This document shows, in pieces, positions 8,990-17,147 of a stretch of 60,042 nucleotides of DNA. The position numbers were made by a program, and so were the translations under genes. Position 1 is the stretch's first letter. Every line of letters begins with the position of its first letter. The notes beneath the pieces are model-generated. The model was not told the origin of the DNA. It was given only the letters and a program-made list of their open reading frames with translations, and did not search any database. This DNA is from Escherichia phage Greed, in sequence record KX534337; one strand, written 5' to 3'.

Positions 8990-9260
8990 TCCTGCATTAT
9001 ATTAAACGATAGTGCTAGTGGCCAGCATAGTGGCATCACCGCTTATAGTGCGCCGTTACTGGCTTTGCTATAGTGAGCCACTATACGCTCACTATACACT
9101 AATAACTAATTTTATTTTATTTAGTGGTAATAAAGTTTTGGGGTTTTGGGGGAGACCCCTATATATCCCGGAAAAAACAAAGAAATAGTAGTAGTAGTGA
9201 AAAACATAGTGAAATGCCACTATCTCACTATCACTACTAATTTAGTGTAAATCATGGGGG
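8990..9260. repeat. Iteron-like cluster of ATAGTG/CACTAT repeats
   Basis: At least 12 copies of (C/T)ATAGTG or its complement CACTAT within about 270 bp of non-coding DNA. Confidence 0.55.
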
Positions 9261-9299
9261 TGTCTATGTACCAAAAACCTAAAACTTTCAGTCAACAGA

Positions 9300-9420
9300 C
9301 TAAAAACGGATAGAAACTAAAAGTTAATAAGTAATACCATAAATATATATAAAATAAGGATTTATTAATAATGTATATAGTACCTATTGGTATTATTTGA
9401 ATGTTTTTGGGTCTGCAACA
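9300..9420. promoter_or_regulatory. AT-rich tract adjacent to the iterons (possible DNA unwinding element)
   Basis: About 120 bp of high A+T content (for example AAATATATATAAAATAAGGATTTATTAATAATGTATATAG) with no ORF. Confidence 0.35.
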
Positions 9421-9612
9421 AAAAGTCGCAAAACTCACAAAACCTGAACGGATGCAGATCAAAAACGAGAAGTCAAGTGCTTTTGAGGGAAATTTATTGA
9501 ACTATTGTGATCGGAAGGTATATCAAGCTATAATGCGCTTAATCGCGGGATATTGGAGGAGGACTTTATTGCGCGGTTGACCGGACCAGTAGGAGGGCTG
9601 GCCCGGAGTAGT

Positions 9613-9945
9613 TTAGAGCTGTACAGGTATGAAGTGGGCTAATGTGTCGTCGGACATGATACCCGACAATTTTTCGCTTACCCATTCGGACCAAATGCTA
9701 TCCGGTTCCTGGCGGTGCACAAACCAGATTTCGGATGTGCCTTCTTTGCGCATCGGCTGCACTTCTACAAGGAACTTGTCCTGCATAAGGCGGGTGAAGC
9801 ATACGCTAGTCATTGGAACTGGCTTTTCGTGTTTATTGTAATAAGGAGTCAGTAATTTATTTCCGAAGTTGGCAACTTCATAAACTGTTCCTTTGCGAAG
9901 ACCTCTGATGTCCGTGTAAGAGCGGATAAATGTTTTCATGTTCAC
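9613..9945 (-). CDS. Hypothetical protein (110 aa)
   Basis: ORF with RBS-like GGAG upstream; no motif. Confidence 0.45.
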   Translation of the reverse strand: MNMKTFIRSYTDIRGLRKGTVYEVANFGNKLLTPYYNKHEKPVPMTSVCFTRLMQDKFLVEVQPMRKEGTSEIWFVHRQEPDSIWSEWVSEKLSGIMSDDTLAHFIPVQL

Positions 9946-9988
9946 TCCTAGGCTCCCGCAGAAGCCCGTTGGTTGATGTGGTTATAGA

Positions 9989-10648
9989 TTATGCGTCCAG
10001 TCCGTTGTATTTGCGCCAAGCGTAGAACTGAATGGCGACCGTTGTCCCGTTGTAAGAAGGCATTGCAGCTTTCATTTCTTTCAGCTCCGGCGTGCGGCCA
10101 AGTTCAGCTAAAAGTTTGTCGCCCATTGCCCACACTTCGGCGGTTTTTCCTTTCAGAGGCTTGCGAGCGCCATTTTTGAAATCACAGCGAGCAGCTTTTG
10201 CATCCTGTTTTGGCGCGGCAGCTTTTGGCTCTTCAATTTTGATTTCAGAAACCTGCGTGGCAGCTTTTGCATGTTTCATATCTTTCTCTTCCTCCTGCTC
10301 CAGAGCTTCGAGGCAGCTTTTGACAATTTCCGGATTTACCATCGGGCGCAGTACCGAGACGCTGGCAGCTGGCGCGGCGGTCGGTGCCGGTACTTTCTGC
10401 TCCGGCTGCTGCGCTTTTTTATGGTCGCGCAGCACCTGAAGCACTTCCTTCTCGACGATGTAAAAACCGATCTCGTCCTGATGGATTAACTGTTCGTGTG
10501 CGTCGCGTGCAACCTGGCCCCAGCGAGTTTTGAGGGCGCGGCGTGCATTGGTCTTCATGGTGTAACGCATTTTGTCCTGTTCGCGGTGAGTTACTTTAGA
10601 CATGGTATAGCTCCTTTCGTTAATATTAGTTTGCTTATTACTGCCCAC
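9989..10648 (-). CDS. Ala/Lys/Glu-rich protein with conserved C-terminal domain (paralog of 53058..53885)
   Basis: 219 aa (alternative start at 10603); central KAAAP-rich low-complexity region; C-terminus VWAMGDKLLAELG...YAWRKYNGL aligns with AWALMDQISATLG...YARWKKFNGV of 53058..53885. Confidence 0.5.
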   Translation of the reverse strand: MGSNKQTNINERSYTMSKVTHREQDKMRYTMKTNARRALKTRWGQVARDAHEQLIHQDEIGFYIVEKEVLQVLRDHKKAQQPEQKVPAPTAAPAASVSVLRPMVNPEIVKSCLEALEQEEEKDMKHAKAATQVSEIKIEEPKAAAPKQDAKAARCDFKNGARKPLKGKTAEVWAMGDKLLAELGRTPELKEMKAAMPSYNGTTVAIQFYAWRKYNGLDA

Positions 10649-10676
10649 CGTAATGATGAGCAGTGTATAAGAAAAC

Positions 10677-10925
10677 TTATTGCACGATTGCTACGAAATC
10701 GGCGGTTGCGATATCCATGCTTGCGAAAGCAACGATGCCATAGTCGGTGTCGTTTTCGGCGTTAAACGCTTTGAGGAACTGCTGTACCGCTGCTTTATGG
10801 TTAAGCGTTACGTCGATAGCATAGTCCCAGCTATAGACTTTGCGCTTGCCAAAACCTTTAACTGCAATGCGTGCGCTTTTGGTGTTAGTTGGTGCCAAAA
10901 ATTTGGTGACGATAGAAGTAGCCAT
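10677..10925 (-). CDS. Hypothetical protein (82 aa), first gene of the leftward arm
   Basis: ORF with GAGGA RBS; immediately downstream of a promoter-like element. Confidence 0.45.
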   Translation of the reverse strand: MATSIVTKFLAPTNTKSARIAVKGFGKRKVYSWDYAIDVTLNHKAAVQQFLKAFNAENDTDYGIVAFASMDIATADFVAIVQ

Positions 10926-10954
10926 GATGTAATCCTCGTTTGTTTAAGTTGACT

Positions 10955-10984
10955 TATTATTGCCCAGTCAGATCAACTAGGCAA
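10955..10984 (-). promoter_or_regulatory. Putative leftward sigma70-like promoter
   Basis: Minus-strand TTGCCT, 17-bp spacer (contains GATCTGACT), AATAAT, about 25 nt upstream of the 10925 start. Confidence 0.35.
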
Positions 10985-11349
10985 GATATAAATCACTTAA
11001 TTTGTACTAAATCGTATTCCTTGTAAATGTCGCTAATGTACATATCGAACTGACCCATTAAGAAGATTTCGGCCTCCTCCCAGCTTGGGCAGATACATAA
11101 CCAGCTATTTTACCGGACGCGAGTTCCACTAATTTGAATTCCATGATGCAACCCTTAATGTGGTTAAGCAGTATTGCTTTGTTGAAGTAATAATAGCCTT
11201 GCATCGTGATATTGAATAGGCCAAAAGTGCTCTTTTAGAATTGTTTTGCATCTAGTGAAAAATACGCTTGCCCTGCATGTTTAGCACTAAGGGCCTAACT
11301 AACATCACATTATCTGGAGTATTCGCACGGGCACACACATGCTTATAAG

Positions 11350-11440
11350 GTGTGCCGGATCGACCAGGGGCATCCGGGTCCTGCGTGTGCGGAACCTACC
11401 AGGTGGGAGCAGCTCCCGCGTGTGCCGGAAATACCAGGGG
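11350..11440. repeat. Three imperfect GC-rich direct repeats (about 35-bp period)
   Basis: GTGTGCCGGATCGACCAGGGG (11350), GTGTGCGGAACCTACCAGGTGG (11385), GTGTGCCGGAAATACCAGGGG (11420); an inverted arm GGCACACAC lies just upstream. Confidence 0.6.
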
Positions 11441-11493
11441 CGCGCGAGCCCATGCACTTTACAAAATATTTTTATAAAAAGTGCAAAAAGGTG

Positions 11494-11522
11494 TAGACAC
11501 ATGATCGGTCTAGCACTACTAT
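11494..11522 (+). promoter_or_regulatory. Putative rightward promoter (TAGACA, 17 bp, TACTAT)
   Basis: -35 TAGACA, spacer containing CATGATCGGTCT, -10 TACTAT; a near-identical element recurs at 12337..12365. Confidence 0.4.
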
Positions 11523-11573
11523 ATACACATACCGCAAGGGTACTACAAATCAACTAATTTACGGGGGTACAAA

Positions 11574-11837
11574 ATGGTCCGCATCCTGGAACGTTATAAA
11601 AACGAAGCTACTGGCGCTATTGCATTCAAACGTATGTTAGTAAAACAAATCGACGGTTTATTCCGTGTTGTTAAAGAAGTCGATTACGGCAACGGCGCAG
11701 GGGTAAGCACCACTATCGTCCCGGGCATTAAAGCGTATAAAACTTTAAAAGGCGCCGAGAAAGCCTTAGCCGCCTGGAAACCTGCTCGTTATCAAATGTC
11801 CCGTGTCGAAGGGCTTATGCAGGAAGGTAAGATCTAA
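11574..11837 (+). CDS. Hypothetical protein (87 aa), first gene of the rightward arm
   Basis: ATG preceded by ACGGGGGTACAAA; the same leader/RBS is found upstream of 12399. Confidence 0.5.
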   Translation: MVRILERYKNEATGAIAFKRMLVKQIDGLFRVVKEVDYGNGAGVSTTIVPGIKAYKTLKGAEKALAAWKPARYQMSRVEGLMQEGKI

Positions 11838-11905
11838 GTTTGTTTATACAATGGGCATTAATACAGTGCCCATTAATAAGCTAACTAATCATATCGAGGT
11901 ATATT

Positions 11906-12190
11906 ATGTCCATCGTCACTATGTCGTTCTTCGACCATTGCAATAACGAAAAACAAATTATCGTGAACCTGCAAAAAGGATCTGTTGTCGCACGCAATGC
12001 TAACCGCCAATGCATCGCGCTAACCGATTTTGCTTTCCGCCTTAACGTGGACAACACCACCGCCAAAAATATCGTTCACGATACAGCGTTGGAAGCTGCT
12101 CACGCTGCGAAGGATAAAGGTATCCGCGACGCACGCAAAATCATGCACAAGGCGCTCGGCATCACGTTCTTCGTTGGGATTAAGGGGTAA
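11906..12190 (+). CDS. Hypothetical protein (94 aa)
   Basis: GAGGT RBS 8 nt upstream of ATG. Confidence 0.5.
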   Translation: MSIVTMSFFDHCNNEKQIIVNLQKGSVVARNANRQCIALTDFAFRLNVDNTTAKNIVHDTALEAAHAAKDKGIRDARKIMHKALGITFFVGIKG

Positions 12191-12195
12191 CTACT

Positions 12196-12339
12196 ATGTC
12201 ACGCAAATACACGCTTACACGCGCACAGCACGCGTTATTATTGCAGGTTATGCGCATGGAGTACGAAGAGACTACATGGGCGCAGGCTATGCAGACAGGG
12301 CGCGAGTTCTACGCGCAACTAATAGCACAAAATGCCTAG
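12196..12339 (+). CDS. Possible small protein (47 aa)
   Basis: ATG 5 nt after the upstream stop with AAGGGG RBS; open to TAG at 12337; below the ORF-track length cutoff. Confidence 0.3.
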   Translation: MSRKYTLTRAQHALLLQVMRMEYEETTWAQAMQTGREFYAQLIAQNA

Positions 12340-12365
12340 ACAACATGATCGGTCTGGTGGATACT
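12337..12365 (+). promoter_or_regulatory. Second copy of the TAGACA/CATGATCGGTCT promoter-like element
   Basis: TAGACA, 17-bp spacer with CATGATCGGTCT, GATACT; followed by the conserved ACGGGGGTAAACAAA leader before the 12399 start. Confidence 0.4.
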
Positions 12366-12398
12366 ACACACATCAACCAAACAACGGGGGTAAACAAA

Positions 12399-12626
12399 AT
12401 GCGTAGTTTCAAATGTGTAAGCGTAAATGCTACTGGTAACGGTCTGTTCACGGCAGGTAATGTATATGACTTCAACATGGAAAGTTATAAAGACACAACG
12501 CTTACAGGTGTAATGTTCGGTGGCGCTCGTGTCGTTCGCTGCCATTTAAACAAGAACACGGAAAATAAATATACCCTTATCAGTCGCTACACGGGCGAGC
12601 CGTTAGCTGTGTTCCATGCAGCTTAA
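12399..12626 (+). CDS. Hypothetical protein (75 aa; track ORF starts at 12030)
   Basis: ATG at 12399 has the conserved leader/RBS shared with 11574; the longer upstream extension overlaps other genes and lacks an RBS. Confidence 0.45.
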   Translation: MRSFKCVSVNATGNGLFTAGNVYDFNMESYKDTTLTGVMFGGARVVRCHLNKNTENKYTLISRYTGEPLAVFHAA

Positions 12627-12702
12627 GCTATAACGCACACAGCGCCGCGCTAGTGAGCTAATGTACATAGGTAATGGTAATGCATTAGCTCGGGCGAAAC
12701 AG

Positions 12703-12750
12703 GCGCACAGCGTCGCGCACAGCTCGCACAGCGCACACAGACCCACGCAG
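12703..12750. repeat. Tandem GCGCACAGC-like repeats in a 430-bp non-coding region
   Basis: GCGCACAGC, GCGCACAGC, GCACAGC, GCACACAG in tandem; strongly C+A-rich on the plus strand. Confidence 0.45.
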
Positions 12751-13060
12751 GCCCAGCCGCGCAACCCGACCCATCCTTTTCCAGGTACTTGGATCGCTGG
12801 GGCGTGCCCTGTCTATCCTGATAGTAAGTCCTTGCCTAAATCTCACCTGTCACATCCCTATCCACCTACATCCATGACCCCACCTACCTTCTTTTTGAAT
12901 ATATTGCGCTCATCCTTTCTAAATATATGGATTTTGGTAGTAAATTCTGAGTCGTCAACGTATAATTCGTCTTGTAGCTGCTCCATAGCTACCATCTTTA
13001 AGCGGATGCAACCAATTTCTATCAATTCACACCTGTTTTTAGAGCATCAAGGAGGTATTT

Positions 13061-13312
13061 ATGTGCGACACCAGTGCAAGCGCTACACCCAGCACCTCCA
13101 GCAATGTGGTTACAGAGGTAAATGCAATGCGATTAGGTCCATATCGCGGCTATTATGGTCGTGCTGCATGGAATGACGCTACTCAACGTTTTGAAGGCTG
13201 GATTATCTGCCCGGAACGTGTTAAATTTCACTCCGTAAAAGAGAAAAATATCGTTCTTAATTTTCAAAAATGTGTGACTAAATATGTAGAGGAGCAAGAA
13301 GAATGCGTGTAG
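13061..13312 (+). CDS. Hypothetical protein (83 aa)
   Basis: Strong RBS AAGGAGG 7 nt upstream of ATG. Confidence 0.5.
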   Translation: MCDTSASATPSTSSNVVTEVNAMRLGPYRGYYGRAAWNDATQRFEGWIICPERVKFHSVKEKNIVLNFQKCVTKYVEEQEECV

Positions 13313-13581
13313 AAGAGATTGTTGAAGGTAAAGAGTATCGTTTACTGACCGATATTGGTGGTGTTGGATATACTCCGGGCGATGGTACGGAGTTCCGGGA
13401 ACTGAAAGCTGGTTCTATTGTCACTGTTAATAAGGTGGTGTTTGATTTGCATAGCCTTTTCGGGCAGTGGAACCATACTGTAATTGTTAGCCAGGGTAGC
13501 GATGAATACGATGAAGAAGAGGATGCTTACGAAATCAGTTATACTGGTCTTGTAGGCGCCAATTTCCTGGAGGAAGTGTAA
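13303..13581 (+). CDS. Hypothetical protein (92 aa)
   Basis: Start overlaps the upstream gene; acidic C-terminus. Confidence 0.45.
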   Translation: MRVEEIVEGKEYRLLTDIGGVGYTPGDGTEFRELKAGSIVTVNKVVFDLHSLFGQWNHTVIVSQGSDEYDEEEDAYEISYTGLVGANFLEEV

Positions 13582-13632
13582 TTATCAATCTATAATGGGC
13601 TCTACGGAGCCCTTAATTATCTGGAGGTTGTT

Positions 13633-13935
13633 GTGCTGTATTTAGGAATGGACGAAACTGGACACGCGATTCCTTCTGTTAACAAGGAGACGCAAGTATT
13701 TACCGACTATTACGGGTCTGCTATCCCTGTAGAGCCCTGGGCTAACTTTATCGCTGTAGATGCAGATGGTAAAGTTCATTGTTATGACACCAAACCTTCT
13801 TGCTATGAATCTGGTAAGCAATGGATGCTTGGCGTATACGGATTACATGTCCGCTACTGCGGTGAAGTTGACCTTGAAGGTATGGACTGGCGCGATACGC
13901 TAAGGGAAATCAAAGAATATAGGCTTAACCCATGA
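13633..13935 (+). CDS. Hypothetical protein (100 aa), paralog of 51982..52281
   Basis: GTG start with GGAGG RBS; shares PEW...DxDG...EVDLEGMD...TL motif string with the protein at 51982..52281. Confidence 0.45.
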   Translation: MLYLGMDETGHAIPSVNKETQVFTDYYGSAIPVEPWANFIAVDADGKVHCYDTKPSCYESGKQWMLGVYGLHVRYCGEVDLEGMDWRDTLREIKEYRLNP

Positions 13936-14156
13936 AAATATTCATGATACTAGGCGTTATACTTGCCGCTTTTGTTGTATTTGCAATTGTAGATTCTAAA
14001 GAAATGGAGCGGCAAAACTGCCAACGTACTGGTAACAGCCGGGATGATATCATTTGGCAATATATTTACGATGCAAAAGGTAATGTTATGTCAATGTATC
14101 CTCAGGTTATTACTGAGTATGAATATAAATGTAATGACCGTAACAGGTGGAGATAA
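13932..14156 (+). CDS. Small membrane protein (74 aa)
   Basis: N-terminal hydrophobic helix MKIFMILGVILAAFVVFAIV; start overlaps upstream stop. Confidence 0.45.
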   Translation: MKIFMILGVILAAFVVFAIVDSKEMERQNCQRTGNSRDDIIWQYIYDAKGNVMSMYPQVITEYEYKCNDRNRWR

Positions 14157-14350
14157 TAATGGATAGACTATCCGATGAGCGCGTTGCTAAGCTTGCAGAA
14201 TATGACTGTGCAAGCAATGAGGAGGTTATGTCTTTAGCACAAGAGGTGAAGGAACTTCGAGCTGTAGCAAAGGACTTCCTGCGTCGTAATAAATATGGTC
14301 CTTTGTTCTATCGTGATTTGTATAACCGTTTTAAGGAGATTGTGAAATGA
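14147..14350 (+). CDS. Hypothetical protein (67 aa)
   Basis: Translationally coupled small ORF. Confidence 0.4.
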   Translation: MEIIMDRLSDERVAKLAEYDCASNEEVMSLAQEVKELRAVAKDFLRRNKYGPLFYRDLYNRFKEIVK

Positions 14351-14616
14351 TTACCGCTCAAGAAGCTCGTGAATTAAGCGATAAGCTGGATATTAGCGAA
14401 GATATTGAATTTATCAGTAACAGCATTCGCGTAGCTGCTACAAAGGGATACAATAAAGTATCACTGGTAACAAAATACGGATCTGTTGGCAATCCCGACA
14501 CTCAAGACCCAACCACTATGAAGATTGCTAAATGGTTAGCTGATTCTGGTTTTAAGGTGTTATATTATCCTTCAATGGACCAACGTGATAACGAGCGTAC
14601 TGAGGTAGCATGGTGA
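14347..14616 (+). CDS. Hypothetical protein (89 aa)
   Basis: ATGA overlap with the upstream gene. Confidence 0.45.
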   Translation: MITAQEARELSDKLDISEDIEFISNSIRVAATKGYNKVSLVTKYGSVGNPDTQDPTTMKIAKWLADSGFKVLYYPSMDQRDNERTEVAW

Positions 14617-14683
14617 TTGAAGAAAATATCAAATATTGGAAAGGCTTTATTGACGAAATGTTGAAACCATTGGAGAAGAAATA

Positions 14684-15076
14684 ATGCTATTAGTCGTCAC
14701 CGGAGGTCGAGATTTTAAGCATGTGGAGTATATTTATGCTCAATTGGATAAGCTGCATATGCAAAGAAGGATAACCACACTACGCCACGGTGACGCTGAC
14801 GGTGTTGACCGCATTTGCGCACAGTGGGCAGAGCGCAACGGTATTAAGACAGAAGCGTTCCCTGCCCCGTGGGACAATCTTTCCTTACCAAATACCAAGA
14901 TACGGTATAATGCCAAAGGTGCTTATAATGCACAAGCAGGCGCTTACCGCAATCAATTAATGCTGGATACCGATCCTAAACCGGATCACGCTATTGTGTT
15001 TCCTGGCGGAGCTGGTACTATGGATATGTACAGACGGATTAAAGCATCCGGTATTCCTTACACTTTAGCGGAGTAA
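14684..15076 (+). CDS. SLOG/DprA-like Rossmann-fold protein (DUF2493-like)
   Basis: 130 aa; VVTGGRDF...HGDADGVDRICAQWA...FPGGAGTMD matches the glycine-rich nucleotide-binding pattern of SLOG-type proteins; motif-level call only. Confidence 0.4.
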   Translation: MLLVVTGGRDFKHVEYIYAQLDKLHMQRRITTLRHGDADGVDRICAQWAERNGIKTEAFPAPWDNLSLPNTKIRYNAKGAYNAQAGAYRNQLMLDTDPKPDHAIVFPGGAGTMDMYRRIKASGIPYTLAE

Positions 15077-15079
15077 ATA

Positions 15080-15550
15080 ATGGCTGACGTTAAAACTATT
15101 GTTGATGCAATGGACGAGTCCAAAGACTGCCAACTGAAGAAGTCGTTTGAAGTAAAACAGGTTACAGAGACTCAGTTGGTCTGTAATTTTGCGCGTTATT
15201 GTGGACTGGGGCGCGGGAAAGACTGGAACGGGCTTATTGTTATGCCCACATCGCAGATTCTCGTTTACGTCCGCAATATTGTAGAAGATCTTTTGCGTCT
15301 TCAAATAGATATTGGTGACGTAGAAATCAACATGACCGCGAGCTCTACCATTGTGGTTAAATGGCAGTCGGGCGAGACACTGCGTTTGGAAGCGTGTTAT
15401 TGTGCTAAGAGCTTGCACCACCTGCGCGGCTGTCATTACCAGTTCGTTGGGTTTGTACATCCGCAAGGGTTAAGCGAGCGTACGGCGCTTGTAGCTCGTT
15501 TGCTGCTGCGTCCTTATAATAACGAGCCGGAAGTCATATACGAGGCATAA
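15080..15550 (+). CDS. Hypothetical protein (156 aa)
   Basis: ORF 4 nt after the upstream stop; no motif. Confidence 0.45.
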   Translation: MADVKTIVDAMDESKDCQLKKSFEVKQVTETQLVCNFARYCGLGRGKDWNGLIVMPTSQILVYVRNIVEDLLRLQIDIGDVEINMTASSTIVVKWQSGETLRLEACYCAKSLHHLRGCHYQFVGFVHPQGLSERTALVARLLLRPYNNEPEVIYEA

Positions 15551-15551
15551 G

Positions 15552-15758
15552 ATGGAAACTCCATTAGCTAAACAAATGATAGAGCGTGCGGATCGGGACG
15601 GTTTACCGGAAGACCATGCTATGCGTCGAACTGCCCAAGTATTTGACGAAATTAGCGTTAAATATGCGATGGGTAAGAGCACGCCTAAAGGTTTATTGGG
15701 CGCCTGGGCTCGCGCTTGGCGCTGCTGGTGCAACTACACCGGAGAACCACTTGTATGA
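15552..15758 (+). CDS. Hypothetical protein (68 aa)
   Basis: Small ORF, coupled to neighbours. Confidence 0.4.
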   Translation: METPLAKQMIERADRDGLPEDHAMRRTAQVFDEISVKYAMGKSTPKGLLGAWARAWRCWCNYTGEPLV

Positions 15759-16177
15759 TTAAACACGTTAAACAGCCAACGTTGAATACATGCGTTTCTG
15801 CGTGTTTGGCAATGATCCTTAATAAACCTGTCGAAAAGGTCATTAAGGAATTTCACAGTCGTTATTATAACAACTGGGAAATCACTATCAGCGAATATTT
15901 GACTAAAAACGGCGTCCCGCATCATTGTTCAGAAGGTGGTGGGCGTGAAACTTTGCATATGGGAGGTTTGTTCCTATGCACGGTGCCAAGTCTTAATATT
16001 CCTGGCGCATTGCACCAGATTGTGATTGATATGACGGATCACAAGTTTATTGTGCATGATCCAATTAAAGGATGGGAAGGTAAAAAGTTCTATGTTGGTC
16101 CGGATCAAGATCCTGAAGAGCCTGGAGCTTTTATCATTCATACTTGGGTCAAAGACGTTGAAATCCTGCCTTATTAA
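15755..16177 (+). CDS. Putative C39-like (papain-fold) cysteine peptidase
   Basis: ATG at 15755 overlapping the upstream stop; QPTLNTCVSACLAMIL resembles the C39 catalytic-Cys region and HKFIVHDP a candidate catalytic His; motif-level only. Confidence 0.4.
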   Translation: MIKHVKQPTLNTCVSACLAMILNKPVEKVIKEFHSRYYNNWEITISEYLTKNGVPHHCSEGGGRETLHMGGLFLCTVPSLNIPGALHQIVIDMTDHKFIVHDPIKGWEGKKFYVGPDQDPEEPGAFIIHTWVKDVEILPY

Positions 16178-16239
16178 TTTTCTTGCTATCACATAACCCT
16201 TCATTGTATTGTGTACCCATCGAATAAGAGGGGTACACA

Positions 16240-16425
16240 ATGACCAAACTATACGCCGGATTGTTTTTATTTGCGACGTTGATGTTCGCTGGGCTTTATA
16301 CCTATACAGTAGTCGAACAACCTTCCACGGTTATCCGAATCTTTGCAAGTACAGGGCTTTGCATCTGTCTTATTCTATTTGTTTTATGCATTGTTATTAT
16401 CCAAGACCAAAGGAAAGTTAAATGA
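16240..16425 (+). CDS. Small membrane protein (61 aa)
   Basis: Two hydrophobic helices; RBS AGAGGGG embedded in an inverted repeat. Confidence 0.4.
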   Translation: MTKLYAGLFLFATLMFAGLYTYTVVEQPSTVIRIFASTGLCICLILFVLCIVIIQDQRKVK

Positions 16426-16886
16426 CCACAATTGCGTTTGATGGAAAAGTATTAGCTGCGGACCGTGGCGTTATGCGCGGGGAAGCTGTGACTGCTTATA
16501 AGAAAGTTCATAGCGTGAATGGACATCGTGGACGGTTTTTACTGGGCTTGTGCGGTTTGACAGCATTTACCGATCAGGTGTTGCGTTATTTTAATAGCGC
16601 GGAACCTGTTAAGTTCCCTGATATTAAACTTTACAGCAAAGATGATGATTACGGGCAAACTTGCGGTCTTGCTGTCACTCCGGAAGGTACTTGCCATTTT
16701 ATTTATAATGATGGTACTTTGAGCGAACCCATGCTGGATGGATGGGGATCTGAGGGTAGCGGTTGTGTGTTTGCTGCTGGCGCGTTAGCTGCTGGTGCAA
16801 GTGCGAGCGAAGCTATTGAGTTGGCAATTAAACACACCACATGCGCATTCCTGGGAGTTGATACAATATCATTTGAGGGTTTTTAA
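16422..16886 (+). CDS. HslV/proteasome-beta-like Ntn-hydrolase peptidase (putative)
   Basis: Begins MTTIAFDGK (Thr exposed after Met removal, as in HslV MTTIVSV); KKV, GLCGLTA and GSEGSGCVFAAGALAAG parallel HslV GFAGGTA and IGSGGPYAQAAARAL. Confidence 0.45.
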   Translation: MTTIAFDGKVLAADRGVMRGEAVTAYKKVHSVNGHRGRFLLGLCGLTAFTDQVLRYFNSAEPVKFPDIKLYSKDDDYGQTCGLAVTPEGTCHFIYNDGTLSEPMLDGWGSEGSGCVFAAGALAAGASASEAIELAIKHTTCAFLGVDTISFEGF

Positions 16887-17147
16887 ATGACTACATTCAG
16901 TCACCTGATCCCACCTGCTTATCATAGTAAGGTAGTTGACCACGGGACGCATGTTGTAATTGGTGGCGAAATCTTTATCACAGATAACGAGGAAATCGCC
17001 ATTGCAATTATTGACAGCACTCAGCATGACTTTATGGTTATCCTGCAACACGAACCAGATAACTTCACTTTTTACTCCAGCTACGGGGTCGATAAAGGTG
17101 GAAAAAGCCTTGTTAGCTGGTACATTAGTGAGTGGTTTGACGGGTAA
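16887..17147 (+). CDS. Hypothetical protein (86 aa)
   Basis: ORF starting 1 nt after the upstream stop. Confidence 0.4.
   Translation: MTTFSHLIPPAYHSKVVDHGTHVVIGGEIFITDNEEIAIAIIDSTQHDFMVILQHEPDNFTFYSSYGVDKGGKSLVSWYISEWFDG

Noticed and set aside
11350-11440. Possible CRISPR array
   Set aside because: Only three imperfect repeats with unequal 13-bp spacers and no further copies; does not fit a CRISPR repeat-spacer structure
11305-11557. Overlapping 82-aa minus and 72-aa plus ORFs
   Set aside because: Both lie over the GC-rich direct repeats and promoter elements of the divergent control region; no RBS; Arg/Cys-rich translations
12661-13176. 171-aa plus-strand ORF in the non-coding stretch
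   Set aside because: No RBS, Pro/Ser/His-rich low-complexity translation, and it reads through the well-supported start at 13061 in another frame
14612-14683. 22-codon GTG-initiated micro-ORF bridging two genes
   Set aside because: Open frame with a GAGG upstream and TAATG coupling to the next gene, but too short and without supporting signal to call
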